27,154 nucleotides of DNA, from positions 1 to 27,154 of the forward strand of contig JBMFOP010000041.1 in assembly GCA_049969675.1 (NCBI GenBank), read 5' to 3'. Position 1 is the stretch's first letter. Every line of letters begins with the position of its first letter. Positions 25,894 through 27,154 of the stretch are shown piece by piece. The position numbers were made by a program, and so were the translations under genes. The notes under the pieces were generated by a model. The model was given only the letters and a program-made list of their open reading frames with translations, ran no database searches and was not told the DNA's origin. This DNA is from Myxococcota bacterium (GTDB lineage: Bacteria; Myxococcota; SpSt-1050).

Positions 25894-26661
25894 ATGCCAC
25901 ACGGAGTCTCCTGGTTTACATTCCTGCCCGGATACAAGACATTTGAAGAGTTTTTAAATGCCCAACTTGGCAGGTCATTTATAGCCAAGAATGACCTTGT
26001 GGCCCAGCACATATTCGGGGCGATTCTGGTATTTCTAATAATCATCATTCTCGCCCTCATCGCACGGGCATTCCTGATACGAAATAGAGAGAATGTTATT
26101 GGAGAGCCCAGATTAACTGTGGCCGGATTCTTTGATGTGCTCTTTGAGATGCTCCTTAATCAGATGAGGTCAATCATCGGGCATGATGCAGAGGAACATT
26201 TCCCATTTGTAGCAACTATAATCCTCTTCATCCTATTCTCAAACCTTCTGGGACTAATTCCCGGATTTTTGCCACCCACCAACAATCTGAATACCACCGC
26301 TGCCTGTGCAATATCAGTATTTTTATACTACCATTACATTGGGATCAAGAGGCAGGGTCTTATTAAATATCTACTCCATATGGCAAATCCTATAGGTGAG
26401 TGGTGGGGATATTTTCTGAGCTGGTTGATGTTTCCCATTGAACTGATAGGACATCTGGCAAGGCCACTCTCCCTCTCTTTAAGGCTTATGGGAAATATGA
26501 CAGGTGACCACGCGGTACTTGCAATATTCCTTGGATTGATTCCTTTTGTTATCCCGATGCCGTTTATGTTGCTCGGACTTATTGTGGCACTTGTTCAGGC
26601 ATTTATATTTGCAATATTGACCTGTGTTTATATTGCGCTGGCACAGGCGCATGAAGAATAA
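25894..26661 (+). CDS. atpB: F0F1 ATP synthase subunit a
   Basis: FILFSNLLGLIPG..PPT.NLN, PIELIGHLARPLSLSLRLMGNMTGDH, VQAFIFAILTCVYI. Confidence 0.97.
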   Translation: MPHGVSWFTFLPGYKTFEEFLNAQLGRSFIAKNDLVAQHIFGAILVFLIIIILALIARAFLIRNRENVIGEPRLTVAGFFDVLFEMLLNQMRSIIGHDAEEHFPFVATIILFILFSNLLGLIPGFLPPTNNLNTTAACAISVFLYYHYIGIKRQGLIKYLLHMANPIGEWWGYFLSWLMFPIELIGHLARPLSLSLRLMGNMTGDHAVLAIFLGLIPFVIPMPFMLLGLIVALVQAFIFAILTCVYIALAQAHEE

Positions 26662-26684
26662 TAATTCATCAGAGGAGGAATTTT

Positions 26685-27023
26685 ATGTCATCAAAAATTT
26701 CAAGAAACGTACTTTTATTAATGGTAGTAATGGCTGTTATTTCTTTCCCGATATTCGCTTTGGCTGAAGAGGCGGCGGGAGGGAGCGATATGGCAAAGGC
26801 TGAGCAACTGAAGTTTATGGCTCTTGCCGCGGGTCTTGCAATAGGTGCAGCTGCACTTGGTGGGGCACTCGGTCAGGGAAAGGCAGTTGCAGCCGGTCTT
26901 GAAGGTATTGCAAGGAATCCTTCAGCATCCGGGAAGATCTTTACACCGATGCTTCTCGGTCTTGCATTCATTGAATCACTCGTCATCTATGCACTAATTA
27001 TCGCATTCAAACTCGCACCATAA
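26685..27023 (+). CDS. atpE: F0F1 ATP synthase subunit c with an N-terminal hydrophobic extension
   Basis: GxxxGxGxG-type helix (AIGAAALGGALGQG), RNP loop, FIESLVIYAL; GAGGAGG RBS. Confidence 0.96.
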   Translation: MSSKISRNVLLLMVVMAVISFPIFALAEEAAGGSDMAKAEQLKFMALAAGLAIGAAALGGALGQGKAVAAGLEGIARNPSASGKIFTPMLLGLAFIESLVIYALIIAFKLAP

Positions 27024-27052
27024 TAAGAAAAATTACCCTTTGAATTTTTCAG

Positions 27053-27077
27053 GCCGGCAGAATCTGCCGGCTTTTTT
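27053..27077 (+). terminator. Intrinsic terminator after atpE
   Basis: GCCGGCAG-aat-CTGCCGGC followed by TTTTTT. Confidence 0.9.
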
Positions 27078-27154
27078 ATTTTTACCTAAATTGAGCGATT
27101 TCTTGTATTGCTGAGGATTGGTAACTTCTACAGAATCAATTTTTTGCCTGAAAT

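Overview
Bacterial chromosomal window, AT-rich by eye, with several genes typical of Myxococcota/deltaproteobacteria. About two thirds is conserved housekeeping: rpsP-khpA-rimM-trmD-rplS-rnhB-yraN; a long rimP-nusA-infB-DUF503-rbfA-nrnA-truB run that continues into a TIGR03960-type radical SAM gene, rng, a PilZ gene, an orphan OppF-type ATPase and a B12 radical SAM gene; and the Fo block atpZ-atpI-atpB-atpE. The accessory parts are: (i) a membrane-anchored receiver/DUF4388 protein running off the left edge, which is missing from the ORF track; (ii) a short GGDEF gene remnant in the first intergenic region; (iii) an operon of a Cys-rich lipoprotein, a lipid-anchored endonuclease I and a YkgJ protein; (iv) a secreted Lys/Glu low-complexity protein; and (v) a two-gene operon behind a possible sigma54 promoter, encoding a protein that resembles a single (half-length) TolC/OEP repeat and a large lipoprotein with two lamin-tail domains and Ig-like domains. 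Item (v) is the best candidate for an undescribed envelope system. I saw no rRNA, tRNA, CRISPR array or mobile element. All family calls come from motif recognition by eye, not database searches.
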